From positions 1 to 39,946 of the forward strand of contig CAZCKE010000001.1 in NCBI GenBank assembly GCA_964499005.1: a DNA stretch of 39,946 nucleotides. The letters run 5' to 3'. Below the pieces are notes generated by a model. That model was not told the origin of the DNA. It saw only the letters and a list, made by a program, of their open reading frames with translations, and did no database searches. Positions 22,838-32,201 of this stretch are shown in pieces (within the stretch, counting starts at the first letter, position 1; the number at the start of each line of letters is the position of its first letter). This stretch comes from an uncultured Tepidisphaeraceae bacterium (GTDB lineage: Bacteria; Planctomycetota; Phycisphaerae; Tepidisphaerales; Tepidisphaeraceae). The position numbers were made by a program, and so were the translations under genes.

Positions 22838-23440
22838 ATGGCCGCCGAAAACAAAATCACTCGTGTCTGCGTTTACTGCGCCTCCAGCGCCCATGCCGAT
22901 CCCCTCTACTACCAGCACGCCTACGAACTCGGCCAAATCCTTGCCCGCGAAAAAATCACCCTCGTCTACGGCGGAGGCGGAATCGGCTCCATGGGCAAAC
23001 TCGCCGACGGCGCACTTTCCGAAAACGGAAAAGTCATCGGCGTCATCCCCCATTTCATGGCCCGCCTCGAATGGGGCCACCCCAGACTCACCGAAATGCA
23101 CACCGTCGACGACATGCACGGCCGAAAACGCCTCATGCTCCAAAACGCCGACGCCGTGATTGCCCTCCCCGGCGGCTGCGGTACGCTCGAAGAACTCCTC
23201 GAAGCGATCACCCTCAAACGCCTGGGCCTCTTTCTCGGTCCCATTATTCTTTTGAATACCCGACGCTTTTACGATCATCTGCAAACTCTGATGCAGGCCT
23301 GCATCTCCGAGCGATTCATGAACGAAAAACACCTGACCATGTGGACCATTGTCGAAACTCCTGATCAGGTTCTTCCCGCCATCCGCGCCGCAAAACCCTG
23401 GCCCAAGGATGCCCGCAATTTCGCCGCCGTCACCGGCTGA
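22838..23440 (+). CDS. LOG-family protein (TIGR00730-type; cytokinin riboside 5'-monophosphate phosphoribohydrolase-like)
   Basis: Hallmark motifs VYGGGGIGSMG and ALPGGCGTLEEL at the expected spacing, in a protein of about 200 aa. Confidence 0.9.
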   Translation: MAAENKITRVCVYCASSAHADPLYYQHAYELGQILAREKITLVYGGGGIGSMGKLADGALSENGKVIGVIPHFMARLEWGHPRLTEMHTVDDMHGRKRLMLQNADAVIALPGGCGTLEELLEAITLKRLGLFLGPIILLNTRRFYDHLQTLMQACISERFMNEKHLTMWTIVETPDQVLPAIRAAKPWPKDARNFAAVTG

Positions 23441-23448
23441 GAATCCCT

Positions 23449-24072
23449 ATGCCTCTTCATATCCAACCTTTCACCCTTCAAGGAACTCAGGTCACGTTGC
23501 GCCCCATGGCCCAGGACGATGCCCAGGCCCTCGCCCTGGCCACCTCCGAATCCCGCGAGAATTACAATTGGAGTCCCGTTCCCGATGGCGTTGAGGGCGC
23601 CAAACATTACATCGCCCATGCCCTGCAAATGCGCGATGCCGGCGAACGATTCCCTTTCACCACGATCTTCAATGGCCGCATCGTCGGCAGCACCAGCTAT
23701 TGGGATTTCGAGCCCTGGCGCTGGCCCCCGGGCTCTCCTCTTCAGCGCACCGATCGTCCCGACGTTCTGGAGATCGGCTACACCTGGCTCGCCGCCTCCG
23801 CCCAGCGCACGCGCTGCAACACCGAAGCGAAGTTTCTCATGCTCCGCCACGCGTTCGAGACCTGGCAGGTCCACCGCGTCACCCTGCGCACCGACGAGCG
23901 AAACACCCGCTCGCGCAACGCCATCGCGCGCCTCGGCGCATTATTCGAAGGCATCCGCCGCGCCGACAAGCCCGGCTCCGATGGGACCGTCCGCAATTCC
24001 GCCTTCTTTTCCATCATTCAATCGGAGTGGCCCGCCGTGAAAGCCAGGCTCTCCACCTTGCTCGCATATTGA
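23449..24072 (+). CDS. GNAT-family N-acetyltransferase (RimJ/RimL-like)
   Basis: Starts V(T)LRPM..DDA..L and contains LEIGYTWL...RT..NTEAK.L.L.HAFE...HRV.L.TD..N..SR.AI.RLGA..EG, a typical GNAT fold pattern. Confidence 0.85.
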   Translation: MPLHIQPFTLQGTQVTLRPMAQDDAQALALATSESRENYNWSPVPDGVEGAKHYIAHALQMRDAGERFPFTTIFNGRIVGSTSYWDFEPWRWPPGSPLQRTDRPDVLEIGYTWLAASAQRTRCNTEAKFLMLRHAFETWQVHRVTLRTDERNTRSRNAIARLGALFEGIRRADKPGSDGTVRNSAFFSIIQSEWPAVKARLSTLLAY

Positions 24073-24078
24073 ATTGCC

Positions 24079-24121
24079 AAAAAATTGGAGGCGAAGACCG
24101 TTTGCACGAGTCTTCGCCTCC
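24079..24121 (-). terminator. Intrinsic terminator for the minus-strand beta-helix gene (may also act on the convergent GNAT gene)
   Basis: Perfect 12-bp stem ggaggcgaagac / gtcttcgcctcc (24087-24098, 24110-24121) with an 11-nt loop. On the minus strand it is followed by AATTTTTT (complement of 24079-24086). Confidence 0.65.
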
Positions 24122-24174
24122 GCCTGTGGGTTTCAGCCCGTTGAAATTTTTTTGCCGGCCATCGCCGGCCGTCA

Positions 24175-26127
24175 TTAGCTGATCGTGAATGTCCTGGTCG
24201 TGCCGACCTTGCCGCTCAGCACCGTTACCTTGATGTTTCCCGTGGCAGACGGCACCAAAAGCAGCCCGGTTGCATTGATCCTGTTTAGTCCGGTCACCGA
24301 CCAGATAAACGTTGGCTGGGTCGGCACCGCCAGGTTAAATTGATCCAGCGCCGTTGCGGTCAGTTGAACGCTGGAATTGAGCTTGAACGTCGGAGTCGGA
24401 GCGGCCAGGGTGATGGTGGTCACCATCGACAGCACTGTGATACGCACGCTGCTGGTGATTTTCAGGCCGCCAGTGTCTTTCACCGTGACGGTGAACGTAT
24501 AAACGCCGGAGCGGGTGAAATTCGCCGTCGTGTGGTTGGCCGTGCTCGTGCCATTCACGCTATAAGTCACATTCGCCGGGCCGCTATAAGACCATGTGTA
24601 GGTCAGAGTCTGATGCTGGGCATCGGTGGCGCCCACGCTTAGCGAAACCGTTTTGCCGCCGACCAACGCGCTCGATGACACGGCTGCTTGCGTGATTGTT
24701 GGCGCGGTGTTCACCACCGGTGGCGGCGGGGGCGGTGTCTGTACCGGCGGGGGTGGAGGTGGAGGCGGCGTCACGGTCTTGGGCGGCGGGGGCGCTAGCG
24801 GCGGAGTCGTTATGACCGGCGGCGGAGCCGTCACGGGTATCGAAGGAACCTGCACTGTCGAGCCAAGCTCCAACGCTCCGTCATCGATCCGTGTGGCTCG
24901 CGTGATGCCGGAGAGATCCGTGGTCGGCGCCGATTTTCCGTCAAAAGTCGCAATGCCCCTGCCGATCGCCAAGCTACTGGCCGACAGCTTGTAATCGGAT
25001 GCTTGGGCAAACGTCCCCGAAGCGTCGGTGAACAGTGCGCTGGCCGTGGAGGTCACGCCGGTGGGGAAGCTCCAATCACCCTTGTTGTTGTAGCCGGTTT
25101 CAAGAATATTGTTGCTCCAGGCGGCCGGCGTGCTGGTGGAATCGACCAGCATATCGCCAATGAAGATGTTGTTGAAGAAAATGTTGCCGGAGCTGTTCGT
25201 GTTGTCGTTCAGTGCTGGCCGAGCGCCGCTGGCCATCACGATCGTGTTGTTGGCGACCAGGTTGCCGGTGGAGCCTTCGGAGGCATCGCCGTCATAAAGC
25301 ACCAGCCCGCTGGCGTGGTTGTTGAACAGCAGATTGTTTTCGACGATCGAGTTCTGCAATCCGTCCATGTTGAGCGCGCCACCGCCGCTGACGCCGTTGT
25401 TGTAGATGATGTTGTCGGAGATGTTCATGCCCTGGGAAGTTCCAGGGCCGCCTTGGGAAGCGTCGGCGTTCATCTGAATTCCACCCGAGGCGTTGTCGTG
25501 GCAGATATTGTCAATGATCGTCGAGAATTGAGGCGAATTGGACCAGTAGATGCCATGCTCGCCATTGGAATAGCTGAGGTTGCCCTGCACCAGGGAGTGA
25601 GAAGAAAACGATCCGAAGATGCCGGTCTTGCCGACGCCGTGAACGGTGTTGTCCAGGATCTGGGTGAAGTTTCCGCAATCCTTGATGCCTTCGTTGGAGA
25701 TGGAGCCGTCGCCGTTGACAACGGTGAACCCCTTGATGGTGATGTAATCGCATCCGGGTTCGAGGTCGATCCCATTGGCGGTTTTGCTTTCACGTGAGTT
25801 GACGATGACCGAGCCGGGCGCGGCATTGGGGTCGGCCTGAATCGTGATCTGCGCCGAAGCGGTGCCGGAGATGGCGCCGTAGACGCCCTGCCCCGCCGGG
25901 TCCCATCCGACGATGAAACCGGCGTAGGTTCCGGCTTCGACGTCGAGAGTATCTCCCGCCTGCAATTTGCTGACGGCATATTGAAGGTTGGCGAAGGCCG
26001 CGCCGACGGACGTTCCGGCGTTGTTGTTGTTGCCCGTCGTGGAGACGTAGTACGTGGTGCTTTGAAGCAGACGATTCTCGAGCGGCTCCAACCCACGGCC
26101 GCGGTACTTTTTGTTCCGAATACGCAT
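24175..26127 (-). CDS. Secreted right-handed parallel beta-helix repeat protein with poly-proline linker and C-terminal PKD/Big_2-like Ig domains
   Basis: N-terminus is MRIRNKKYRGRGLEPLENRLLQS. The centre is rich in N/G/I repeats typical of pectate-lyase-fold/NosD-like beta-helices (IIDNICHDNASGGI, ISDNIIYNNG, VENNLLFNNHASG, VANNTIV). The linker is PPPVITTPPLAPPPPKTVTPPPPPPPPVQTPPPPPP. The C-terminal Ig-like units include TLTYTWSYSG and VYTFTVTVKDTGG. Confidence 0.85.
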   Translation of the reverse strand: MRIRNKKYRGRGLEPLENRLLQSTTYYVSTTGNNNNAGTSVGAAFANLQYAVSKLQAGDTLDVEAGTYAGFIVGWDPAGQGVYGAISGTASAQITIQADPNAAPGSVIVNSRESKTANGIDLEPGCDYITIKGFTVVNGDGSISNEGIKDCGNFTQILDNTVHGVGKTGIFGSFSSHSLVQGNLSYSNGEHGIYWSNSPQFSTIIDNICHDNASGGIQMNADASQGGPGTSQGMNISDNIIYNNGVSGGGALNMDGLQNSIVENNLLFNNHASGLVLYDGDASEGSTGNLVANNTIVMASGARPALNDNTNSSGNIFFNNIFIGDMLVDSTSTPAAWSNNILETGYNNKGDWSFPTGVTSTASALFTDASGTFAQASDYKLSASSLAIGRGIATFDGKSAPTTDLSGITRATRIDDGALELGSTVQVPSIPVTAPPPVITTPPLAPPPPKTVTPPPPPPPPVQTPPPPPPVVNTAPTITQAAVSSSALVGGKTVSLSVGATDAQHQTLTYTWSYSGPANVTYSVNGTSTANHTTANFTRSGVYTFTVTVKDTGGLKITSSVRITVLSMVTTITLAAPTPTFKLNSSVQLTATALDQFNLAVPTQPTFIWSVTGLNRINATGLLLVPSATGNIKVTVLSGKVGTTRTFTIS

Positions 26128-26477
26128 TTCTCGACCTCCTCAAAAAGGCCTGGTTCCCATCCCCAGGCAGCAAGTTCATCGGGAATTGTGGTGAGCTTCA
26201 CAAGAGAAGAAGTCTGGGTAGACAGGGATTTTGGGGTAAAATTAATGGGGTTTATGGGGGCAGTGATGGCAGCGCTAGTCGCCCGGAATGTGGGGGCATA
26301 GTGCAACTTATGGGGCCTGGGCAAGCTATATAAGGGTGAGAAACTGGGAATCGGGTCGCTTCATGTCGAAATGTGGTGTATGGTGAGAGTCACGCGTCGG
26401 GACGGGGACAGGCCTGGCCAGTGTCAGGCATATATCCGCTCGATAGCGTCGATTCGCCGAATGGGAGCAATAACCAA

Positions 26478-27788
26478 ATGTCTCTGCCGAGCAAGATTGA
26501 GAAGAACGAAGCGGTCATCGGAGTTATCGGGCTGGGGTACGTGGGGCTTCCCCTGCTCCATGCTTTTCACCGGGCAGGCCTTCGCGTTATCGGGTTCGAC
26601 ATCGACGACCGCAAGATTCAGGCCCTGCGCAAGGGTGAGAACTACCTGAAACACCTGGGACCGGAGATGGTCTCGGACATGGTCAAAAAGGGTCGCTTTG
26701 AGGCCGTAAACGATTTTTCGCGCCTCGGCGAAGCGGATGTGGTGATTAGCTGCGTGCCGACCCCTTTGGGCAAGCACTTGGAACCGGACCTGAGCTACGT
26801 CGAAAAGACAGCGGATGATATTGCCAAGACCCTCCGAAAAGGGCAGCTCGTAGTCCTCGAATCCACCACATATCCGCGAACTACGCGGGAGATCATGCTG
26901 CCTCGATTTGAGGCCAAGGGCCTGAAATGCGGCATCGACTTTTATCTGGCGTTCTCTCCCGAGCGCGAAGATCCAGGCCGCAAGGATCACAATACTCAAA
27001 CCATTCCCAAGCTCGTCGGCGGCATCGACGCCGAGAGCGGCCGTCTGGCGACGATGGTCTATCGCAAAGCCATTCAGCAGGTCATACCGGTCTCATCGGC
27101 GGAAGTCGCCGAAGCGGCAAAATTACTGGAGAACATTTATCGGGCGGTCAACATCGCGCTGGTCAACGAAATGAAAATGGTTTTGACCGCGATGGACATC
27201 GACGTGTGGGAAGTCATCAACGCATCCGCGACCAAACCGTTCGGATTCCAGGCGTTTTACCCCGGTCCCGGACTCGGCGGCCACTGCATCCCGATCGATC
27301 CGTTCTACCTCACATGGAAGGCGCGCGAAGTCGGCATGCAGACCAAGTTCATCGAGCTGGCCGGCGAGATCAATCACGCCATGCCCGACTACGTCGTGAA
27401 GCGCACCGCATTGGCGCTGAACGATCGCGGCAAGTCGATCAAAGGAAGCAAGATTCTCGTCCTGGGCCTGGCCTACAAGCCGGACATCGACGACGTCCGC
27501 GAAAGCCCCAGCTTTGAGTTGATCGAGAAGCTCGATCATCTGGGCGCCCAGGTTGATTACAACGATCCACATGTCGCGGCTACGCATAAGATGCGTCGAC
27601 ACGATTTGCAGATGCACAGCGTGCCGCTTACGCCGCAGAACTTGGCGTCTTATGACTGCGTGCTCATCGCGACCAACCATAGCGTCTATGATTGGCAATT
27701 GATCTCGGACCACTCCAAGCTGGTGGTGGACTCGCGGAACGCTCTGAAGAACGTTAAAGGCCGCCGTGACCACATCGTCCCGGCCTAA
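26478..27788 (+). CDS. Nucleotide-sugar dehydrogenase (UDP-N-acetyl-D-glucosamine / -mannosamine 6-dehydrogenase family, WbpA/WecC/TviB-like)
   Basis: Rossmann motif VIGVIGLGYVGLPL shortly after ATG 26478 (the ORF-track start at 26373 adds an implausible leader). Catalytic-Cys motif GGHCIPIDPFYL. The C-terminal domain contains VLGLAYKPDIDDVRESP. Confidence 0.9.
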   Translation: MSLPSKIEKNEAVIGVIGLGYVGLPLLHAFHRAGLRVIGFDIDDRKIQALRKGENYLKHLGPEMVSDMVKKGRFEAVNDFSRLGEADVVISCVPTPLGKHLEPDLSYVEKTADDIAKTLRKGQLVVLESTTYPRTTREIMLPRFEAKGLKCGIDFYLAFSPEREDPGRKDHNTQTIPKLVGGIDAESGRLATMVYRKAIQQVIPVSSAEVAEAAKLLENIYRAVNIALVNEMKMVLTAMDIDVWEVINASATKPFGFQAFYPGPGLGGHCIPIDPFYLTWKAREVGMQTKFIELAGEINHAMPDYVVKRTALALNDRGKSIKGSKILVLGLAYKPDIDDVRESPSFELIEKLDHLGAQVDYNDPHVAATHKMRRHDLQMHSVPLTPQNLASYDCVLIATNHSVYDWQLISDHSKLVVDSRNALKNVKGRRDHIVPA

Positions 27789-27803
27789 AAATAACGGATT
27801 CCA

Positions 27804-27847
27804 ATCAAAGCCTTGGCCGAACGAAGAGTTACGGTCGAGGCTTTGAT
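27804..27847 (+). terminator. Possible weak intrinsic terminator after the dehydrogenase gene
   Basis: Perfect outer stem atcaaagcc / ggctttgat, extendable inward by about 7 further pairs (two G-U). Only a short T tract (agttt) follows. Confidence 0.3.
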
Positions 27848-28139
27848 AGTTTAAGCCCAAAGGAAAGTTAAATTGCCCAAATTGGATAAGAGGGGGGATT
27901 CCGCCTGAAGATGCGATTGCATTGCGAGCAGGGCAAAATGGGGTTATACATTTACATCAGGAACGCGCAATTCTAGCGGGAATGTGTCGTAGAAAGAGAA
28001 AGTGATCCAGAGGCCGGCGGTATCAGGCCCTCTGTGCAAACCCCGATCGCAATAGAAAGCAAATAGAGGGGCGATACAGGTCGATTTTACCCAAAGCGCC
28101 GCCGATCGCGCGTTCAACGCAGCGACTACGTGAGTTGAG

Positions 28140-29558
28140 ATGAGCAACGAAGCAATCACCAGCCCGATGCAATTACCGATGCGTCCGCGATTCGCGCCGG
28201 GTGTGCCATTGCGGCCTCACGAGTTTGCGCTGGAGCCCGGTGCGGCACCCAGTTCGATGGGGTTTTGGTCTTTCGTCGTGCTGACCGGGGTCTTGCTGCT
28301 TCGGCCGGGCGACATCGCTCCGGAACTGTCCGCAGTGCCGTTCTACTTCATCACCTTGGCGATTTGTGCGGTGCTGCTGGGGGTCCCAACGTTGGCACAG
28401 CTCTATTGGCCGCTGCTCATGCGCCGGCCGATTACCGTCTGCGTGCTGGGGCTCTATCTTGCCGCCGTTTTCTCGGATGTGGCCAATGGACTGACCAGCG
28501 ACGCCAAAGTGGTGGCCGTCGGGTTCGTTCAAATCATTTCGTACTACCTGCTGCTCGTGGCCGCGATCGATTCGACGCGCCGGTTTCGTCAATTCCTGAT
28601 CTGCATGACGGTCTTCATCGTGATCCTTTGCAGCCTGGGGCTGCTGCAATATTACGGATACGCCCACGTCGGCGCCGCCCCATACGTCGAAGGGCAGGAC
28701 TACAACGATCCCGTCACCGGGCAACAGATTTTCATGACTCGCCTCACCAGTATCGGGATGTTTAACAATCCCAACGATCTGGCCCGCGTCATTCTCGTCG
28801 GCGTCATGCTTTGCATCTACTGTTTCGACGATAAAAAATTCGGGCTCTGGCGATATCTTTGGGCGATTCCGCTAAGCATCCTCGGATACGCCATGCATCT
28901 CACGTACTCGCGTGGGGGGTTCGTGGGGATGGTCGCGGGAATCGGCGCGCTGGTGATGACGCGACTGTCGGTCAGGAAACGGATTATCGCGGCGGCGGTG
29001 TTGTTGCCAGTGCTTCTGATCGGCTTTGCCGGTCGATCGACGGATATCGACGCCACATCGGGAACGGGAAAAGAACGAGTCGACCTGTGGCGCGATGCCT
29101 TGGTCGATTTCAAGAGTTCTCCGATTTACGGCATCGGCGTGGGGGAATTCGGCGAAGAGTCCGGGCTCCTCGCCCACAACTCCTTTGTGCAGGCTTATGT
29201 CGAAATGGGCATTATCGGCGGGTCGTTGTTCGCCGGGGTCTTTTTTCTGGCGGCCTGGCTTCCCTACAAGCTCAAGCCGCATTTGGACAACATCGCTGAA
29301 CCGGAACTGCGCAGAATGCGGCCTTACCTGATCGCGATCGTCGTGGGCTCGATCGTCGGCATGTTCACGTCCACGAGAAACCTGCGGATTGATACGTACC
29401 TGCTGCTGGGCATCGTGGCGGTCTATCTGCCGCTGGTGGCGCGTTTCGTGCCTCACGCGGAACAAAAGGTCAATCGAGGCTTATTTTATCGAATTGCCGC
29501 CGTTGGAGTGCTTACGGTCCTCTTGTTCAACTTGTACGTGAAGGTTGCGGCGAATTAA
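28140..29558 (+). CDS. O-antigen ligase / Wzy-type polymerase family membrane protein
   Basis: About 10-12 hydrophobic spans. The Wzy_C/O-antigen-ligase signature region is HLTYSRGGFVGMVAG ... AHNSFVQAYVEMGIIGG. Confidence 0.8.
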   Translation: MSNEAITSPMQLPMRPRFAPGVPLRPHEFALEPGAAPSSMGFWSFVVLTGVLLLRPGDIAPELSAVPFYFITLAICAVLLGVPTLAQLYWPLLMRRPITVCVLGLYLAAVFSDVANGLTSDAKVVAVGFVQIISYYLLLVAAIDSTRRFRQFLICMTVFIVILCSLGLLQYYGYAHVGAAPYVEGQDYNDPVTGQQIFMTRLTSIGMFNNPNDLARVILVGVMLCIYCFDDKKFGLWRYLWAIPLSILGYAMHLTYSRGGFVGMVAGIGALVMTRLSVRKRIIAAAVLLPVLLIGFAGRSTDIDATSGTGKERVDLWRDALVDFKSSPIYGIGVGEFGEESGLLAHNSFVQAYVEMGIIGGSLFAGVFFLAAWLPYKLKPHLDNIAEPELRRMRPYLIAIVVGSIVGMFTSTRNLRIDTYLLLGIVAVYLPLVARFVPHAEQKVNRGLFYRIAAVGVLTVLLFNLYVKVAAN

Positions 29559-31153
29559 TGAACGACACCGTCATGATGAACGACATGGACATCGCCGGTA
29601 TTGCCAGTGAACCGCCCGCGGTAGCGCCGCCGGTCGCGCAGGACGGCGTCGGCAAGGTATCGCCCGCGCGGCGCAGCCTGTTTGCGGCGTCGCATCTGGC
29701 AGCGCAATCCATGATCCTGTTTGTGATTTCGGTGCCGGCGCTGGCTTATATCGTTCGCAGCCTGGGCGCGACCGGATATGGGCAATGGACCGCGGCGGTC
29801 GTGCTGGTTGGGACCGTTGGAATTCTGACCAATCTTGGGCTTCGCGGCGCGTTTGTACGCGCGGTTGCTCGCAAGCCCGAATCCGCGGCGGCGGCCCTGG
29901 CCGAACAATTGGGGGCCCGCTTGCTTCTGTCATTGTTGGCTTGCGGGATGGTGATGGGAGCGTGTTTTCTGCTTTATCCGGCCGTGGTGATTCAATGTGC
30001 CATCGTCGGGTGCGTGGGGATGGTATTGACGACGATCTCCTCGACGCTGTCGGACTTGCTTCAAGGGTTGCACCGCATCAGCGTCTACGCCGGCACCAAT
30101 TTCATCGCGGGCCTGGCACTGACGGGGGCTTCCGTGGCGGCGATGTGGCTGGGATATGGGCCGGTCGGCTTAGCCGTGTCGTATCTGGTCGGACCGATCA
30201 TTTCCACGGCATTGCTGCTGATTTTCGTTCAATCAAAATTCTTTGCCGTCAAGGCACGGGTTCATCCGCGCAAACTTTGGGATCTGCTCGTGGAATCCCG
30301 CTACTTCGCGGCGCAGCAGATTGTCAACACGGTCGGCGGAAACGAAGAATCGCTGATGCTGCCCAAAATCGTCGGGGCGGGCCCGTTCGGGCTGTTCTCC
30401 GGCGGCATGATCCTGGCGTCGCGGCTGGTCATTATTCCCGATAGCCTGGGCTCGGCGTTTTATCCCCAGATTGCCCATGCGCATGCCAAAGATCCGAAAC
30501 TCGCGGCGCGCCAGATGGTGCAATTCATGCTGATGGCTCTGATGGTTTGCCTGCCGATCACGGTGGCCGTTCTCTTTTTCGCCGGTCCCTTGGCGCACGT
30601 GCTATTTAGTAAAAACGCGGAACTTTGCCAGCGTGTGATGTCTGTAACGATTTGGTCGTTGCCAATGCTCGGTGTCGGCAACGTCATGGGGTACGGACTC
30701 AACGCCGTGGGGAAAGATTCCTCGCAGGCCAAGATGACTCTTTATACGACCATACTGAGCCTGGCGTCCGCCGTGGTGCTGGTGACGATGTTCGGGGTGA
30801 TCGGGGCTTGCTGGTCATATTTGCTGAGAATCGCGCTGGGCACGGCGGGGATTGCCTACCTGTTTCTAAAAAACTTCTCGCCTCGTTTGGAGATTTGGCG
30901 TTTTACGCGCATTCTGATCTGCGGATGCGCGATGGCCGGCGCGATGTGGCTGGCCAGGCCCCTGATCGCCAATCTAGGCCTGGGCTTTGTGGAATCATTC
31001 CCGCACAACATTCGGGGGTGGAGTTCCTGGCTGACGACGGCCTTCCTCGAAGGAATGATCGGAATAACCGGATATGTCGTGGCGCTGATGGTGTCACGAA
31101 CGGTGCGACCCGGCGATTTGGCGGGCCTCATTCGCCGCTCGCCAGCGGTATAG
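29558..31153 (+). CDS. Polysaccharide/oligosaccharide flippase (Wzx-like, MOP superfamily)
   Basis: 531 aa, polytopic (about 12-14 spans), with the flippase-typical N-terminal region (SMILFVISVPALAYIVRSLGATGYGQW). TAATG overlap with the upstream gene. Confidence 0.75.
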   Translation: MNDTVMMNDMDIAGIASEPPAVAPPVAQDGVGKVSPARRSLFAASHLAAQSMILFVISVPALAYIVRSLGATGYGQWTAAVVLVGTVGILTNLGLRGAFVRAVARKPESAAAALAEQLGARLLLSLLACGMVMGACFLLYPAVVIQCAIVGCVGMVLTTISSTLSDLLQGLHRISVYAGTNFIAGLALTGASVAAMWLGYGPVGLAVSYLVGPIISTALLLIFVQSKFFAVKARVHPRKLWDLLVESRYFAAQQIVNTVGGNEESLMLPKIVGAGPFGLFSGGMILASRLVIIPDSLGSAFYPQIAHAHAKDPKLAARQMVQFMLMALMVCLPITVAVLFFAGPLAHVLFSKNAELCQRVMSVTIWSLPMLGVGNVMGYGLNAVGKDSSQAKMTLYTTILSLASAVVLVTMFGVIGACWSYLLRIALGTAGIAYLFLKNFSPRLEIWRFTRILICGCAMAGAMWLARPLIANLGLGFVESFPHNIRGWSSWLTTAFLEGMIGITGYVVALMVSRTVRPGDLAGLIRRSPAV

Positions 31154-31167
31154 GGTAAGACTCAATA

Positions 31168-32199
31168 ATGACTGCGGCAACTGAACAACTCCGGCAGGTT
31201 TCAGCGCCCTCCGCGCACCTTGGTAGCGTCGCGGTCGTGATTACTGTTTATAACCGGCTGAATTATCTGGACGCCGCAATCCAATCGGTTTTGTCCCAGA
31301 CGTATCCCATCGTTCAGGCGGTTGTGATTGATGATGGCTCCAAGGTGGATGTCTCCTCAACTCTGGTGAAATACGGGAATCGCGTCGAATTTTACCGGCA
31401 GGAGAATCGTGGCGTCTCCGCGGCACGGAATCTCGGCGTCCAAAAAGCTCGCGCAGAATGGATCTTGTTTTTGGATGACGATGATTTTCTGCAACTCGAC
31501 GCAATTGAAACATTGCTCGGTGCCGTGAAGCGCCAGGGAGCGATGTGGGCGGCCGGATCTTTCTTCTGTGTTGACGAACATGGCGCAAGCCGCGTCATGC
31601 CCCAACGGCGCCGATACGAATCAGGCGACATTTATCCCGCCATGATTCATAACAATCTGATGGGATGCCCGTCGGTCGTATTGGCGCATTCAGATGCGCT
31701 GAACTGCGTCGGAGGATTTGATGAAAATTTTGGCACGGCAGCGGACTATGACCTTTGGCTTTCCCTGGCGGGGCGGTACCCCGTCGCGGTCGCTCAGCAG
31801 GTCGTGACGAATTACAGAATCGCTCCGGGTCAAATGTCGAAGAATTGGCGACAGGCCTACGAAGAAAAAGTGGACGTGCTGGCCAAGCACCGCCAGCAAG
31901 CGCGTCGGGGACATCAAGACGATTTTGATCGGGCCATTTCACAGGCATGCTTGGAATACGGCGACGATCTCTATCTGCATGGGCACCAGCGCGAAGCGCG
32001 AGGCCAATGGCGTCTGGCTTTCGCTCAAGGGCATAAAATCGGAATCAAGGGAAAAGTGTCGCGGCTGGTCAAGAGTTATCTCCCGCAAGGAGTGCTCGCG
32101 GCCGGAAGAAAAATAGCATCGCGCAAACGGGGAATTACGGAAGGTTCTGATCTTCCGCTCGTCATGGGGACGGGGGAATTGAGTTTGAGGGAGAAATAG
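31168..32199 (+). CDS. Glycosyltransferase family 2
   Basis: VAVVITVYNRLNYLDAAIQSVLSQTY, VIDDGS, ENRGVSAARNLG and the DxD region LFLDDDDF. Confidence 0.9.
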   Translation: MTAATEQLRQVSAPSAHLGSVAVVITVYNRLNYLDAAIQSVLSQTYPIVQAVVIDDGSKVDVSSTLVKYGNRVEFYRQENRGVSAARNLGVQKARAEWILFLDDDDFLQLDAIETLLGAVKRQGAMWAAGSFFCVDEHGASRVMPQRRRYESGDIYPAMIHNNLMGCPSVVLAHSDALNCVGGFDENFGTAADYDLWLSLAGRYPVAVAQQVVTNYRIAPGQMSKNWRQAYEEKVDVLAKHRQQARRGHQDDFDRAISQACLEYGDDLYLHGHQREARGQWRLAFAQGHKIGIKGKVSRLVKSYLPQGVLAAGRKIASRKRGITEGSDLPLVMGTGELSLREK

Positions 32200-32201
32200 C
32201 A

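Noticed and set aside
24130-24175. Second GC hairpin (gccggccatcgccggc) flanked by T7 near the beta-helix stop
   Set aside because: The T-run precedes the stem on the plus strand and becomes an A-run after the stem on the minus strand. It therefore fits neither orientation of an intrinsic terminator. The 24087-24121 hairpin is the better candidate.
23365-24182. Alternative ORFs over the GNAT gene (23365-23874 -, 23519-24040 +, 23700-24182 +)
   Set aside because: The 23449-24072 frame gives a textbook GNAT pattern. The others are Pro/Arg/Ala-rich off-frame translations.
25003-26324. 264-aa plus-strand ORF and 284-aa minus-strand alternative-frame ORF over the beta-helix gene
   Set aside because: The 24175-26127 minus frame shows coherent beta-helix repeats, a hinge and Ig domains. 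The alternatives are low-complexity.
26373-26477. 35-codon N-terminal extension of the dehydrogenase ORF
   Set aside because: The Rossmann GxGxxG motif of this family sits within about 20 aa of the N-terminus. ATG 26478 satisfies that, and the extension has no family counterpart.
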